DNA of 64,000 bases from an uncultured Phycisphaerales bacterium. GTDB taxonomy: Bacteria; Planctomycetota; Phycisphaerae; Tepidisphaerales; Tepidisphaeraceae. The position numbers and the translations under genes are program-made. Below are positions 9,073 through 19,365 of the stretch, one piece after another. The stretch's first letter is position 1; the number at the start of each line of letters is the position of its first letter. The notes under the pieces are model-generated. The model did no database searches. It was not told the DNA's origin and saw only the letters and a program-made list of their open reading frames with translations. Location of the stretch: positions 64,001 through 128,000 of the forward strand of contig CAVWVQ010000002.1 of NCBI GenBank assembly GCA_963758525.1. The letters run 5' to 3'.

Positions 9073-10383
9073 ATGATCCCGATCTTGAGGTTGAAACACG
9101 AGGCAGACCGCAGGCTACTGGAATCGCTGCTTGGCGCATTGCGGCTCGATCCGGTCTCCGTGACGCTTGCGCCGGACGATGCGACGGCAGGTGTGCAGGC
9201 AACGCTGCGCGACGTCGCGAAACGCGGAGATGCGGCGATCGTCGAATCGTCGCGCAAGTTCGATGATCCGGAATTTGACGCTTCGATGATCCGCGTCAGC
9301 CCGGCAGAGATGGACGCGGCGGCCAATCGAATCACGCCCGCACAGTTGGCGGCGCTGCGGCGATCCATCTCCCAGGTGCGCGAATATCAATCGCAGATGA
9401 TGCCATCGGAGCCGCCGGCGGTATTGCGGAACGGCGTGTGGCTGGGGATGCGATACACGCCGTTGGACAGTGCGGGATTGTATTTCCCAGGAGGGAAAGC
9501 ATCCTATCCTTCGACCCTGATCATGCTTGCCGGGCCGGCTCAGGTCGCGGGCGTCAAGCGGATCGTCGTCTGCTCTCCTCCCAGCCGGTATGGCCGGAGC
9601 GATCTGGTGCTGGCGGCATGCAGGGAGCTCGAGTTGAAGGAAGTCTTCCGCGCGGGCGGCGCAGCCGCGATCGCGGCCATGGCGGTTGGCACGCAGACAA
9701 TTCCACGAGTGGACAAAATCGTCGGGCCCGGCAATCGATACGTTCAACTGGCCAAGCGGGCGCTGGCGGGATGCGTAGGCATCGACGGATTTCTCGGGCC
9801 TAGTGAAATTCTGGTGCTGGCCGATGAGTCAGCCGCGCCGGACTGCGTGGCGGCAGACCTGATCGCGCAGGCCGAGCACGATCCGGGAAGCTGCTTCCTG
9901 CTCACCCCAAGCGAGAAACTCGCACAACACGTGGTGGCGGAGATCGAGGCCCAGGTGAAGACGCTTGGCCGACGTCCTGCGATCGAAAAGGCGCTGCGCG
10001 ACTCGAGCGCGATCGTGATCGATCCGTCGATGGACGCGCTGATCGAGTTGGGCAATCAGATCGCGGCCGAGCATGTGAATATTCAGACGACAGACGACGC
10101 TGCCGTCCTGCGCAAGCTCCGCCACGGCGGCGCGGTCTTTCTCGGGCGATACAGTCCGGTGGCGGCGGGCGACTACGTCGCGGGTCCCAGTCACTGCCTG
10201 CCGACAAACACAACGGCGCGCTTTTCCAGCGGCGTGAGCGTGTACGAATTCCTCAAGCGGAGCAGCGTCGTTCGGTACGAAGCGAACGGATTGAACGCGG
10301 ACGCCGATGCGATTGTCGAGCTGGCGCAGGCGGAGGGATTGGATGCGCACGCCGCCAGCGTGAAGGTGCGTTTCAAGAAATGA
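9073..10383 (+). CDS. hisD: Histidinol dehydrogenase
   Basis: GLYFPGGKASYPST, VDKIVGPGNRYV, GPSEIL, DLIAQAEHD, GDYVAGPSHCLPT. Confidence 0.96.
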   Translation: MIPILRLKHEADRRLLESLLGALRLDPVSVTLAPDDATAGVQATLRDVAKRGDAAIVESSRKFDDPEFDASMIRVSPAEMDAAANRITPAQLAALRRSISQVREYQSQMMPSEPPAVLRNGVWLGMRYTPLDSAGLYFPGGKASYPSTLIMLAGPAQVAGVKRIVVCSPPSRYGRSDLVLAACRELELKEVFRAGGAAAIAAMAVGTQTIPRVDKIVGPGNRYVQLAKRALAGCVGIDGFLGPSEILVLADESAAPDCVAADLIAQAEHDPGSCFLLTPSEKLAQHVVAEIEAQVKTLGRRPAIEKALRDSSAIVIDPSMDALIELGNQIAAEHVNIQTTDDAAVLRKLRHGGAVFLGRYSPVAAGDYVAGPSHCLPTNTTARFSSGVSVYEFLKRSSVVRYEANGLNADADAIVELAQAEGLDAHAASVKVRFKK

Positions 10384-10462
10384 CGTGGCGCGGATGGATC
10401 AACGGGCGTGTGCAACGCGCGATTCCAATGACAAGCGTCGTTCTGCCGATATAATGAACGCC

Positions 10463-11532
10463 ATGTCTCGGTCATTGGTCCGGCCTCACATTCGAGAGAT
10501 GAACGGTTACACCCCCGGTGAGCAGCCGTTGCCGGGCGATCGTGTCATCAAGCTCAATACCAACGAGAACCCTTTTCCGCCGAGCGACCGCGTGCTGCAG
10601 GCGGTGCGCGAGATCGACGGAGAGTCGCTGCGGCGCTATCCCGATCCCACCGGCGGCGCATTTCGCGCTGCCGCCGCCAGGCTGCTGGGCGTCACGCCCG
10701 AGATGATCATGTGCGGCAACGGCAGCGACGATGTGCTGACGATCGCCACGCGAACGTTCGTGCGGCCCGGCGGGAAGCTTGCATTTCCGATGCCGACCTA
10801 TTCGCTGTATCCAGTGCTCTCGAGTCTCCAGGAAGCGGTTGCGGCGACAGTCCCCTGGGAAGACAACTGGCGCTGCCGACCAACGCGCTTCTTGCCACCA
10901 AGGCCGACGCGATCTATCTGGCCAACCCTAACGCCCCGAGCGGGACGTTTGTTTCCCCGACGAAGATGGAGGAATTAGCCAGAGCATTTGACGGCCTGCT
11001 GCTGATCGACGAGGCGTACGTCGATTTTGCGGATGACAACTGCGTAGCCCTGCTGCGCGATTGCCAAAACGTCGTCGTCACGCGCACGCTCAGCAAGGCG
11101 TATTCCCTCGCGGGGCTGCGCTTCGGATACGCGGTTGCGCAGCCGGCGGTGATCCACGAAATGATGAAGGTGAAGGACAGCTACAACTGCGACGCGATCT
11201 CCATTGCGCTGGCGACTGCCGCGATCAACGATCAGGAATACGCGCGCAAGAACTGGGATTATGTGCGATCCGAGCGGCAGCGCCTCTCGGCGGAACTGAC
11301 TCAGATGGGATGGGACGTCTTGCCGAGCCATGCGAACTTCATCCTCGTCACCTGTCCCGACGGCCGCGGACGCGACGCGTACCTGGGGCTCAAGCGGCAG
11401 GGAATCGTCGTGCGGCACTTCGATCAGCCGGGACTGGCGGACAAAATTCGCATTACCATCGGGCAGAATCATCAGAACAATGCCCTGCTCGCGGGAATCA
11501 AGGCGCTCAACGCGTCGGAGAAAGCGGCGTGA
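10463..11532 (+). CDS. hisC: Histidinol-phosphate aminotransferase (one frameshift near 10870)
   Basis: IKLNTNENP/RYPDP/GNGSD in one frame; ANPNAPSG, DEAYVDF, RTLSKAYSLAGLRFG in the next frame; lies between hisD and hisB. Confidence 0.92.
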
Positions 11533-11556
11533 TCGATCTTCTCAGGTGAGCCTGGC

Positions 11557-12150
11557 ATGTCAGAAAACCGCAGGGCGGAAATTTCGCGGGAGACCAAGGA
11601 AACGCGCGTGCGCGTCTCACTCGACCTGGACGGCAGCGGAAAGTCCGCGCCCAAGACCGGCGTCGGATTCTTCGATCACATGCTCGACCTGCTGGCGCGG
11701 CACAGCCTCATCGATCTCGATATCTCGGCCGACGGCGATCTCCAGGTCGACGCGCATCACACCGTCGAAGATGTCGGCATCGTGCTGGGACAAGCGCTCG
11801 ACAAGGCGCTGGGCGACAAACGCGGTATTCAACGCTACGGCTGGGCGGTCATCCCAATGGATGAAAGCCTGGCGCAAGTGGCGATCGATCTGTCGGGAAG
11901 GCCGGCATTTGTCTTCCGCGTTGAGTTCAAGGGAGAAACGATCGGGAATTTTCCGGTCGAGCTGGTTGAGGAATTTTTCAAGGCGCTCGCCGTCAACGCC
12001 AAAATGAACCTCCACGTGTACGTGCCGTACGGCGGCAATAACCACCACATCTCCGAAGCGATCTTCAAGGCCGCCGCGCGGGCTCTGAAGCTGGCAGTCA
12101 GCCAAGATCCGCGCAGCAACGAGGTGCCGAGCACGAAAGGCTCGCTGTAG
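11557..12150 (+). CDS. hisB: Imidazoleglycerol-phosphate dehydratase
   Basis: [38 protein letters not shown]. Confidence 0.97.
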   Translation: MSENRRAEISRETKETRVRVSLDLDGSGKSAPKTGVGFFDHMLDLLARHSLIDLDISADGDLQVDAHHTVEDVGIVLGQALDKALGDKRGIQRYGWAVIPMDESLAQVAIDLSGRPAFVFRVEFKGETIGNFPVELVEEFFKALAVNAKMNLHVYVPYGGNNHHISEAIFKAAARALKLAVSQDPRSNEVPSTKGSL

Positions 12151-12178
12151 ACTGAGCGGCCCTCGTCAACCATCGCGG

Positions 12179-12202
12179 AGCCGCGGATGTACATCCGCGG
12201 CT
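12179..12202. terminator. Palindrome after hisB (terminator-like or REP-like)
   Basis: AGCCGCGGATGTACATCCGCGGCT is a perfect palindrome, followed by a pyrimidine-rich tract. Confidence 0.45.
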
Positions 12203-12251
12203 TCTCTGTCCTTCCCTTGCGGCTTGCAATACCTACCATCTGCACATTCGC

Positions 12252-12324
12252 GGGAGCATAGCTCAGCGGTTAGAGCAGGGGTCTCATAAACCCTTGGTCC
12301 CTGGTTCGAATCCAGGTGCTCCCA
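12252..12324 (+). tRNA. tRNA with CAT anticodon (Ile2/lysidine type favoured over Met); CCA not encoded
   Basis: Acceptor GGGAGCA/TGCTCCC, D-arm GCTC/GAGC, anticodon loop CTCATAA, T-arm CCTGG-TTCGAAT-CCAGG; lacks initiator features. Confidence 0.93.
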
Positions 12325-12381
12325 GTCCGGCACTGCATTATTTAGTTGAGTCATTTTCACGGCGATACGGGACCAGTGGAC

Positions 12382-13149
12382 TCAGCGGAGTCGTCCTTCA
12401 ACTCCCCGCTGGAACCAGTTGCTTTGTCCGTCCCATCGCCGCTGGCTGCTTTCCCAGCGTGTTGGCCCTTTCCTGTTCCTGAGCCAGCGCTGCAACATAG
12501 ACGGGATCGGTGATGTTGCGGGTGCTGGCGCATCCCATTGTGAAGGTCCGACGCCAAGCCGAGCCCGCACGTTGGCGATATATTTTGGACTGGTGCCCCA
12601 GACAACCGCGAGGTCGCGATTGGTCAGGCGCCAATCGACGCTGCGCCAACGCGATTCGGGATCATGCGGGCGGATTCCCGCCGCCCGCGCGATCCGGCGA
12701 GCAATTTGCGGCGAAATGTTGGCGCCGTACTCCGTCACGATCTGGGCGATCGGCAGCCCATGCAGTCGCTCTCGCTGCACCGCGATAAACTGCTCGAATC
12801 GCTGCACAGACGCGCGATGCTCACTTGGGCCCATTCCGCGACTTGCCCGCACCTGACGGACCCGCTCGCGTGAAACGCCAAGGTCCCGGGCAATCACCGC
12901 GTCGCGCAGGCCCCACTCGACGCTGTCCCATTGCGTGGTCGAAACACGTCCGCGCCGACGACGATCCGGAAACGGATAGCCAAAGGTATCCGCCCATCGG
13001 TAGACGGTCGCGTACGGCTCCGCGAGGCTCTCCGACACTTGCTGTAAATCCAAACCGGCCTTGAGTTGCGAAAAACGTTGAAACCAACGAACTCGCGTGG
13101 CAGTGCGCTTCAGCCCGGTCGGCCAATTCAATCGAAAGCCCCCGTTCAT
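12382..13149 (-). CDS. Hypothetical protein with repeated helix-turn-helix-like motifs (probable frameshift near 12530; alternative stop 12398)
   Basis: DAVIARDLGVSRERVRQVR and NRDLAVVWGTSPKYIANVRARLG, each preceded by WxSVxWxL. Confidence 0.65.
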   Translation of the reverse strand: MNGGFRLNWPTGLKRTATRVRWFQRFSQLKAGLDLQQVSESLAEPYATVYRWADTFGYPFPDRRRRGRVSTTQWDSVEWGLRDAVIARDLGVSRERVRQVRASRGMGPSEHRASVQRFEQFIAVQRERLHGLPIAQIVTEYGANISPQIARRIARAAGIRPHDPESRWRSVDWRLTNRDLAVVWGTSPKYIANVRARLGVGPSQWDAPAPATSPIPSMLQRWLRNRKGPTRWESSQRRWDGQSNWFQRGVEGRLR

Positions 13150-13445
13150 AGGTCACTCTTCTTTCAGGCGGCGGTACAGAAAAAGAGCGCTCCGGCGGCA
13201 CCTGACTCGCCAATGCTCCTCCCTCCAAATTTACTGCTCTGGGTGCCCCAAAAGCGGCCGTTTTGGACCGCTCCGTTCTCGAAATGGCACTCGACCCCGT
13301 CTGCTCATCCGCCGGCCCCTGTGGTCGTAAGTGTAATCGGGGAACAATGTGAAAAGCAACGAATCGCACGCTTTTTTCTGAAATGCGGCGCGGGCTCGGC
13401 GTAAAGACATGTATTATTTGGGTTTGTGTCGCCGTGCCTTGGGCA

Positions 13446-14177
13446 CTATTCGATTCGGCCACGACACAGGGCGATCAAAAAGTACCCAAAAATGACCAGC
13501 CGCGCTGCCGCCGAGGCCCCCCGAAGAGGCCATCGCCTGCACCGCTCATTCGAGCTGGCATCGCTCTTCGAGCGTCCGGGGGCACGCCGGGAGGTGTCTT
13601 TCCGGGGGCGCGGGCGTGGCGTGGGGCGCGACCGCTGATTTGCCCGTGCCGGCAGATCGAAGTTTGTGTGGCGCGAGCTTGCGGCGATGCGCGCGAACAG
13701 CCCGTAGAGGTTCTCCCGCGAGTACGAGACCGGATCTGAAGGCCGCGGAAGTGGCTGCGGAGCCCGAGATTGATACTCCAAGGGACTGGCGGCGATGGAC
13801 GCAGAAGGATGGCGTGTTGCGAATCCTCCGCGCGCCGGTTCGGCCGGCCGACTATTCTTCCCCAGCCGGCCCCTCAAATGCGACGGCTCGCCGGAGAGGG
13901 CGAGGAAGAAAATACGAATCGTGCCGATCCGGAAATGATCGCCATCCCGCAAGACCCGGCTTGCAACTTGTTGATCGTCGAACCACGTACCGTTGCGGCT
14001 GTGAAGGTCGGTTACAACCCACCGCATGCCGTCAAAATCGATCCGGCAGTGTTGCCGCGAGAGGAGCAAATCGCGGATGGAGATATCGCACAGATCAGAT
14101 CTTCCAATGACCAGCGGGCGCTGCAGCCGGTGCCGGGCAACCTCGTGACCGTCAACGCGGAAGCTCAAACTGGCCAT
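13446..14177 (-). CDS. FHA domain-containing protein
   Basis: IGRS...LSRQHCRI...DLHSRNGT...LRDGD FHA signature; low-complexity C-terminus, end uncertain. Confidence 0.8.
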   Translation of the reverse strand: MASLSFRVDGHEVARHRLQRPLVIGRSDLCDISIRDLLLSRQHCRIDFDGMRWVVTDLHSRNGTWFDDQQVASRVLRDGDHFRIGTIRIFFLALSGEPSHLRGRLGKNSRPAEPARGGFATRHPSASIAASPLEYQSRAPQPLPRPSDPVSYSRENLYGLFARIAASSRHTNFDLPARANQRSRPTPRPRPRKDTSRRAPGRSKSDASSNERCRRWPLRGASAAARLVIFGYFLIALCRGRIE

Positions 14178-14714
14178 GCTGTCAATCGGGCGCCGTTCCG
14201 TGGCTGCACGCAAAGGCGGCGACACCGTCGCCGCACGGCGGGGAATCCGCCTGCGGAGCTTTATCGACAGTATCCCGCTACAGGCCGCACTATTCGCAAG
14301 ACGCTATTCGGATTGTCGAACGTTGGTGGCGTTAATCTCGAATTTTATCAGTTTGCAAATTGCTAAGATTTGGTTAATGTCCTTTTATCGATGTTCGGTC
14401 AGTCCAAAGATCCGATATCGAACGAGAGAAACTTCGGTCTGAGTTGAAGCGTGCCGGGTTCTTGGGATGTTCTTCATCCGGCGCATTTCGGGCAGCTGCC
14501 TGAGCAAATCCTCCGCAGAGCCGGCGGAAAACAAATCGCTCACGTGAGCTGACAGACGGACGCGTTTGGCGAAGCGAGAGTTCGCAGACCACGCGGCGTT
14601 CCGTCTTAAAACCCCAAAAAACATCCTGGTTAGATGATGCGCCGGCGTCGGCCGACGGCCCGTGCTCGTGTTGAGCAATTGCTCCTTTTTGTTTTGGCGG
14701 TGTGACTGCCAGGA

Positions 14715-16336
14715 ATGTTTTATACCAGCATTGTCATTCTCGGGGGCGTGGCCCTGATCCTTCATGGCGTGAAGGCGCTTCGCGACGGGCTCGATCGTCT
14801 GATGGGAGCGCGCCTCGGCCCGTTCCTCGAACAGGCAGCCGACCGGCCCATGCGGGCGCTGGTCACCGGGTTCGGGCTGTCATTGCTGGCCCCATCAAGC
14901 ACCAGCGTGTCGTTGCTCTCCGTGGAATCCGTCCGCACCGGGCATGTCACACCGCGGCGGATGTTCATCGTCCTGCTGGGGGCCGACATCGGTCTTACGC
15001 TCACAGTTCAACTTCTTTCCATTCGCATCGAGCAATCATCCCCGCTCTTTTTGTTCCTCGGCGTCCTCCTGTACCAGTACGCGCGGGCGCCGATGACCCG
15101 CGGCATCGGCCAGGTGCTTTTGAGCTTCGGCTTCCTGTTCATGGGAATCAGCCTGATCGGAAACGGAGCCTCGCACCTGTCGGGTAATGGCGACCTCATG
15201 CTGCTGCTCGAAATTGCCGGACATCATCCCGGACTGCTGGTCGTGGTTGCCGCCGTGATTGCTGTCGCGCTGCAATCCAGCACCGGGACCGTCGGCATGC
15301 TGATGGGACTCTCGGCGAGCGGCGCGTTCAGCTTGTCGCCGGCGTTGGCGCTGGCCGCGGTGGTTGGGGCGAACGTGGGCGTGGCCGTGACGACACTGAT
15401 GATCGGATGGCACAGCGTGCCCGGCCGGCGCCTGGGGCTGGCCAACCTCATGGCCAAGTCGCTGGTGGCAGTTCTGGTCGTCTGGCAGCTCCCCCGTTTC
15501 ACCGCGCTGCTTGCGGCAAGCTCTCCGCTGCTGGTGCGCCAGGTCGCGAATGCCCACACCGGATTTAATCTACTGAAGCTGGCGATCTTTCTGCCGGTTT
15601 CATGGGCGCTGTTTTACCTGGTGGAATGGCTCGTGCCGCTGCAGGAGAACGCAGCGATTGACGAAGGAGTTCCGCTCTACCTGGGCCCCGAATCGCTCGA
15701 TACCGGGAACCTCGCCCTGAGTCAGTCGATGCGGGAAATCCTCCGCGTGGCCGACATCGTTCGCGGCATGAGCGAGGATGTCTCGCGCGCCTGCGCGACA
15801 ACGACGAAAAGCTCGCCCGCCAGGTCAGCGAGAGAGACGACAAAGTCGACCGCCTCGAAGGGGAGATCAAAAGGTTTCTCGCCCGTCTGGCTTCGCATTC
15901 GCTCGACTCTGATCTTTCTGCCGAGCGGCTTCGGCAATTGCAGTATCTTTCGGAGCTGGAAAGCATCGGCGATCTGATCGACAAAAACCTCTGCGAGCTG
16001 GTCCTCAAAAAGATCCGCAGGCGACTGAGTTTCTCCCAGACGGCCTGGGCAGAACTCAACGAGCTGGACCGAAACGTCTGCGAAAACCTCCGCCTCGCCG
16101 ACGCCGCGTTTCACACCCGCGACCAGACCATGGCCGCCAAGCTGTTGCGCCACAAGGACCAGATCGATCGCCGGGTCCGCGCCCTTCGCGACGGCTATCT
16201 CGACCGCCTCGGCGCCGACGCACCAGGCGATTCACACGACGTGATTGCAGTGGTGCTGGACCTGATGACCAATCTTCGCCGGGTGAACAGTCACGCCTCC
16301 CACGTCGCCTTTGCGATTATGCCGATTGGTAAGTGA
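14715..16336 (+). CDS. Na/Pi cotransporter family protein with C-terminal PhoU-like domain (frameshift near 15790)
   Basis: PSSTS/LGADIG and LQSSTG/VGANVG repeats, ANAHTGFN; C-terminal ELESIGDLI...LRRVNSH in the next frame. Confidence 0.88.
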
Positions 16337-16383
16337 GCAGTGGCTGCTCAAATAATCTCGACGCCGGCGGAGGGCGATCCCCC

Positions 16384-16438
16384 GTGTCACAGCCGTCCCG
16401 GCTGTGACACGGGGCCACAGCCGAGACGGCTGTGCTAC
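16384..16438. repeat. REP-like doublet (second copy at ~60692-60748)
   Basis: CACAGCCGTCCCGGCTGTG...CACAGCCGAGACGGCTGTGCTA. Confidence 0.7.
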
Positions 16439-16642
16439 GGAACTGCGTCAGTCGTCAATTCGAAATTGATCAGGGTATTCGTGCGCGAACGCTGGCCGTG
16501 CGCTGTTCGAGCGCCCGACCATGTTTGCAGAGGTTGCGCGTCATCTGACGCGCTCCGCTACGCGTCGCGGCCGCAAACGCGATCAACCGGCGGCAAACCG
16601 CTCTATGATGGCACCGGACGGATTTGTGCAACCCCGACCAAA

Positions 16643-16990
16643 CTATTTAGCGGGCTGGGTCTCCGCCTCGGCGCCCTTGTGGCCGCTCTTGGATTCCATC
16701 TCTTCGGCTTCTTTCTTCTGGTCGTCAGTCAGGACGGCCATGATGTCTTCTTTCTCCTTCTCGTGAATCGCCTTGACCTCTTCAACGGCCTTGGTATGCA
16801 CCGCAAGGATCTTGGACTTCTGATCATCGGTGAGACCAGTCAGCTCGCTCCAGGGCTTGGTAAGCTTGCCTGCTCGGCCGTGGTGGTGCTCGGTCGGCGC
16901 AGTCGCCGGAGCCGCATCCTCGGCAAACACCAGCACGGAGCCGGACAACAATGCGACAGCCGCCAGAGGCACCCACTTGGATCGAAACAT
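16643..16990 (-). CDS. Small secreted LTxxQ-motif (Spy/CpxP-like) protein
   Basis: Signal peptide ending VFA, two LTDDQK motifs. Confidence 0.75.
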   Translation of the reverse strand: MFRSKWVPLAAVALLSGSVLVFAEDAAPATAPTEHHHGRAGKLTKPWSELTGLTDDQKSKILAVHTKAVEEVKAIHEKEKEDIMAVLTDDQKKEAEEMESKSGHKGAEAETQPAK

Positions 16991-17140
16991 AATCCGCCCT
17001 TTCAAAAAGTGATGAAATAGAACCATATCGTTGCGGCGGGAGTTTACAGGCGTTACGCAAAAAAGTTGCGCGAAATCTGCGCCAGCGACAGGCGCGCTTT
17101 GGACATGAGCGCGACTTTCCGGGCAAGAAGGAGCAAACTT

Positions 17141-17344
17141 GGGCGTGCGCGAATTTCCGGGAGTGACTTCTTGCCTCCTCCCCTCGTACCCGGGGGGAGG
17201 ACTGAGGTGGGGGGAGATCGTTAATTTGACGCGGCCCGCCGAACGCACGAACCCCCACCCCAACCCTCCTCCAGAGTACTACGGGAGGGGGCAAGACCGG
17301 GATATCGCCGCGAACAGGTTGCAACTGGAAATTCGCGCACGCCC
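17141..17344. mobile_element. MITE-like element with 18-bp terminal inverted repeats enclosing a REP-like pair
   Basis: GGGCGTGCGCGAATTTCC at the left end and GGAAATTCGCGCACGCCC at the right end; flanks AAACTT/AAACTC; a related end lies at ~46288. Confidence 0.6.
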
Positions 17345-17422
17345 AAACTCGTTTGCTCGGTGGCAATGCAGGCTGGAAGCCCGCACCACAATATGCTGGC
17401 CCGGACACTCGCGCCGGCCCCA

Positions 17423-18529
17423 CTACTTATGGCGGGCGGGTGTCGACTCGAACAGCGGGTTATTAATGACCAGCGAGCCCGCTGCCGGTGCGGCCTTTTC
17501 GGGCGGCGGCGGCGCCGCCGGCGCGGCGGGCTCCTCGATCGCTTCCGACAGCGCCACATCCGGGCGGTAGAGCCGCGTACCCAGTGACTTGACGTACTCC
17601 GACCAGTTACCTTCGCTATTGCCGCCGGCTTCCCCGCGGGTGGCGGCAAGCGACATCATGAGCTTCGCATCGAGGTTCTCGATCATGTGCACCGCAATCG
17701 CCTCGGGAGTCGCGGGGATCTTCACCGCCCCAAACTCCAGCTGCCCGTGATGGCTCAGGATGATGTGCTGCAACACGTCGATGACGTTGCGGGGGATCGT
17801 CTCTCCGAGCTTCTGCTCGGCGGTTCTGGCCTTGTCCTCCACCCACATCGCGGATTTGGCGATATGCCCGATGAGCTGCCCGCCATCGGTGTAGCCAAAC
17901 GCGGTTTCATAGGAGAGCTCCCACGTCTTGGCGATGTCGTGCAGGAAGATCCCGGCCAGGACCAGATCCCGGCTCAGCCCGGGATAAAAATTGACGATCG
18001 CATCGGCGACCTCCAGCGCGTTGAGCGTGTGCTCCAGCAGCCCGCCAAGAAACGCGTGATGAAAGCTCATCGCCGCCGGGGCGCAACAGAGATTTTTCAT
18101 CATCACTTCGTCGTCGAGAAACGCCTGCACGATGGCCGCCACGTGGCGGCTCTGCAGGCTCCCCATGATCTCCCGCAGCTTGGAGCACATCGCCGGGATG
18201 TCTTTGGTGGTGTGCGGGAGAAGATCGCTGACCTCGTACGTTCCCTCTTTGGCCGGCCACATCTGCTCGACGATCACCTGGAGATTATTCTGATAGTTTT
18301 CAACCCGCCCGCGCAGCTTGAGAAAGCCGCTCTCCGGCATGGCATTGAACATCTCGCGCGTGGCGTTCCAGATGCGCGATGTCACCTGCATCGAGCGGTC
18401 CGAGACGAACAGCTTGATGAAGTATTTCCCGTTGTTCGTGGCGGAAATTTGCTTTCCGGTGACAACGTACACGTCATCGATCAGATCGCCGGGAACGCAG
18501 TCACGGAGGAAAACACGAGGCGTCGGCAT
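17423..18529 (-). CDS. YhaM/Cbf-like 3'-5' exoribonuclease (OB-fold + HD domain)
   Basis: PAAMSFHHAFLGGLLEHT, FLHDIAK, HIILSHHG, PATPEA. Confidence 0.88.
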   Translation of the reverse strand: MPTPRVFLRDCVPGDLIDDVYVVTGKQISATNNGKYFIKLFVSDRSMQVTSRIWNATREMFNAMPESGFLKLRGRVENYQNNLQVIVEQMWPAKEGTYEVSDLLPHTTKDIPAMCSKLREIMGSLQSRHVAAIVQAFLDDEVMMKNLCCAPAAMSFHHAFLGGLLEHTLNALEVADAIVNFYPGLSRDLVLAGIFLHDIAKTWELSYETAFGYTDGGQLIGHIAKSAMWVEDKARTAEQKLGETIPRNVIDVLQHIILSHHGQLEFGAVKIPATPEAIAVHMIENLDAKLMMSLAATRGEAGGNSEGNWSEYVKSLGTRLYRPDVALSEAIEEPAAPAAPPPPEKAAPAAGSLVINNPLFESTPARHK

Positions 18530-18533
18530 TGAT

Positions 18534-19145
18534 TTACTCCGCCCGGTTGAACCGATTCTCGGCTTCATCCCAGCGGACGATATTCCAGAACGCGGCGATG
18601 TATTCGGGGCGACGATTCTGGTACTTGAGGTAGTAGGCATGCTCCCAGACGTCGAGGCCGACAACGGGGAATGCGCCGTCCATGAGGGGGCTGTCCTGAT
18701 TGGCCGTGGAGATCACTTCGAGCTTGGGTCCCTTCTTCACCAGCCATGCCCAGCCGGAGCCGAAGCGCGTGGTGGCGGCGGCAGTGAAGAGTTCCTTGAA
18801 CTTGTCGAAGGAAGTAAAAGTGCTGTCCATCGCCTTGGCGAGATTTCCAACGGGGGTTCCGCCGGCCTTGGGGCCGATGGTCTGCCAGAACAGCGAATGA
18901 TTGTGATGCCCGCCGCCATTGTTGCGCACGGCAGTTTTGATTGCGTCCGGAACAATCGCCAGATTGTTTTTGAGCAGCTCATGCACCGGCTTGTTCTGAA
19001 GCTCCGGCGCGGATTCGAGCGCCTTGTTCAGGTTGTTGACGTAGGCGGCATGATGCTTGTCATGATGGATCTCCATCGTCGCCTTATCGATGTACGGCTC
19101 AAGCGCATCGGAAGGAAAAGGAAGAGGCGGCAGTTGGATCGGCAT
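18534..19145 (-). CDS. sodA: Superoxide dismutase [Mn/Fe], Mn-type residues
   Basis: [39 protein letters not shown]. Confidence 0.93.
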   Translation of the reverse strand: MPIQLPPLPFPSDALEPYIDKATMEIHHDKHHAAYVNNLNKALESAPELQNKPVHELLKNNLAIVPDAIKTAVRNNGGGHHNHSLFWQTIGPKAGGTPVGNLAKAMDSTFTSFDKFKELFTAAATTRFGSGWAWLVKKGPKLEVISTANQDSPLMDGAFPVVGLDVWEHAYYLKYQNRRPEYIAAFWNIVRWDEAENRFNRAE

Positions 19146-19365
19146 ATTGGCTCCTTCTAGGTGGCGTAGGCTCAATCGCGGAATATGGCAGGGCGCCATG
19201 CTCCGCGATTGAGCCTAGGGTAGGAGCCATGGTCGTGACGGTCAACAATGATTCCGCCTTAAGGGGCACGACCGTCGCCCCTCCCAGAATAGGGGCAGAA
19301 TAGGTTGGACGCAGTGACGGTCCCGCACCCTCCGTCTAAGACACGCGAGATACCTGCGCCGCAAT

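Noticed and set aside
10860..10880. Programmed frameshifting in hisC, sucC, gdhA or cydA
   Set aside because: No shared slippery sequence, and too many unrelated genes are affected; sequencing error is simpler.
12252..14200. Genomic island integrated at the CAT-anticodon tRNA
   Set aside because: No integrase and no duplicated tRNA 3' end seen; same for tRNA-Pro at 56801.
14388..14470. M-box riboswitch (GTCCAAAGA) or RNase P RNA (AGAACCCGGC on the minus strand)
   Set aside because: Only short matches; the other conserved elements (TAGGTGAGGCT; GAGGAAAGTCC) are missing.
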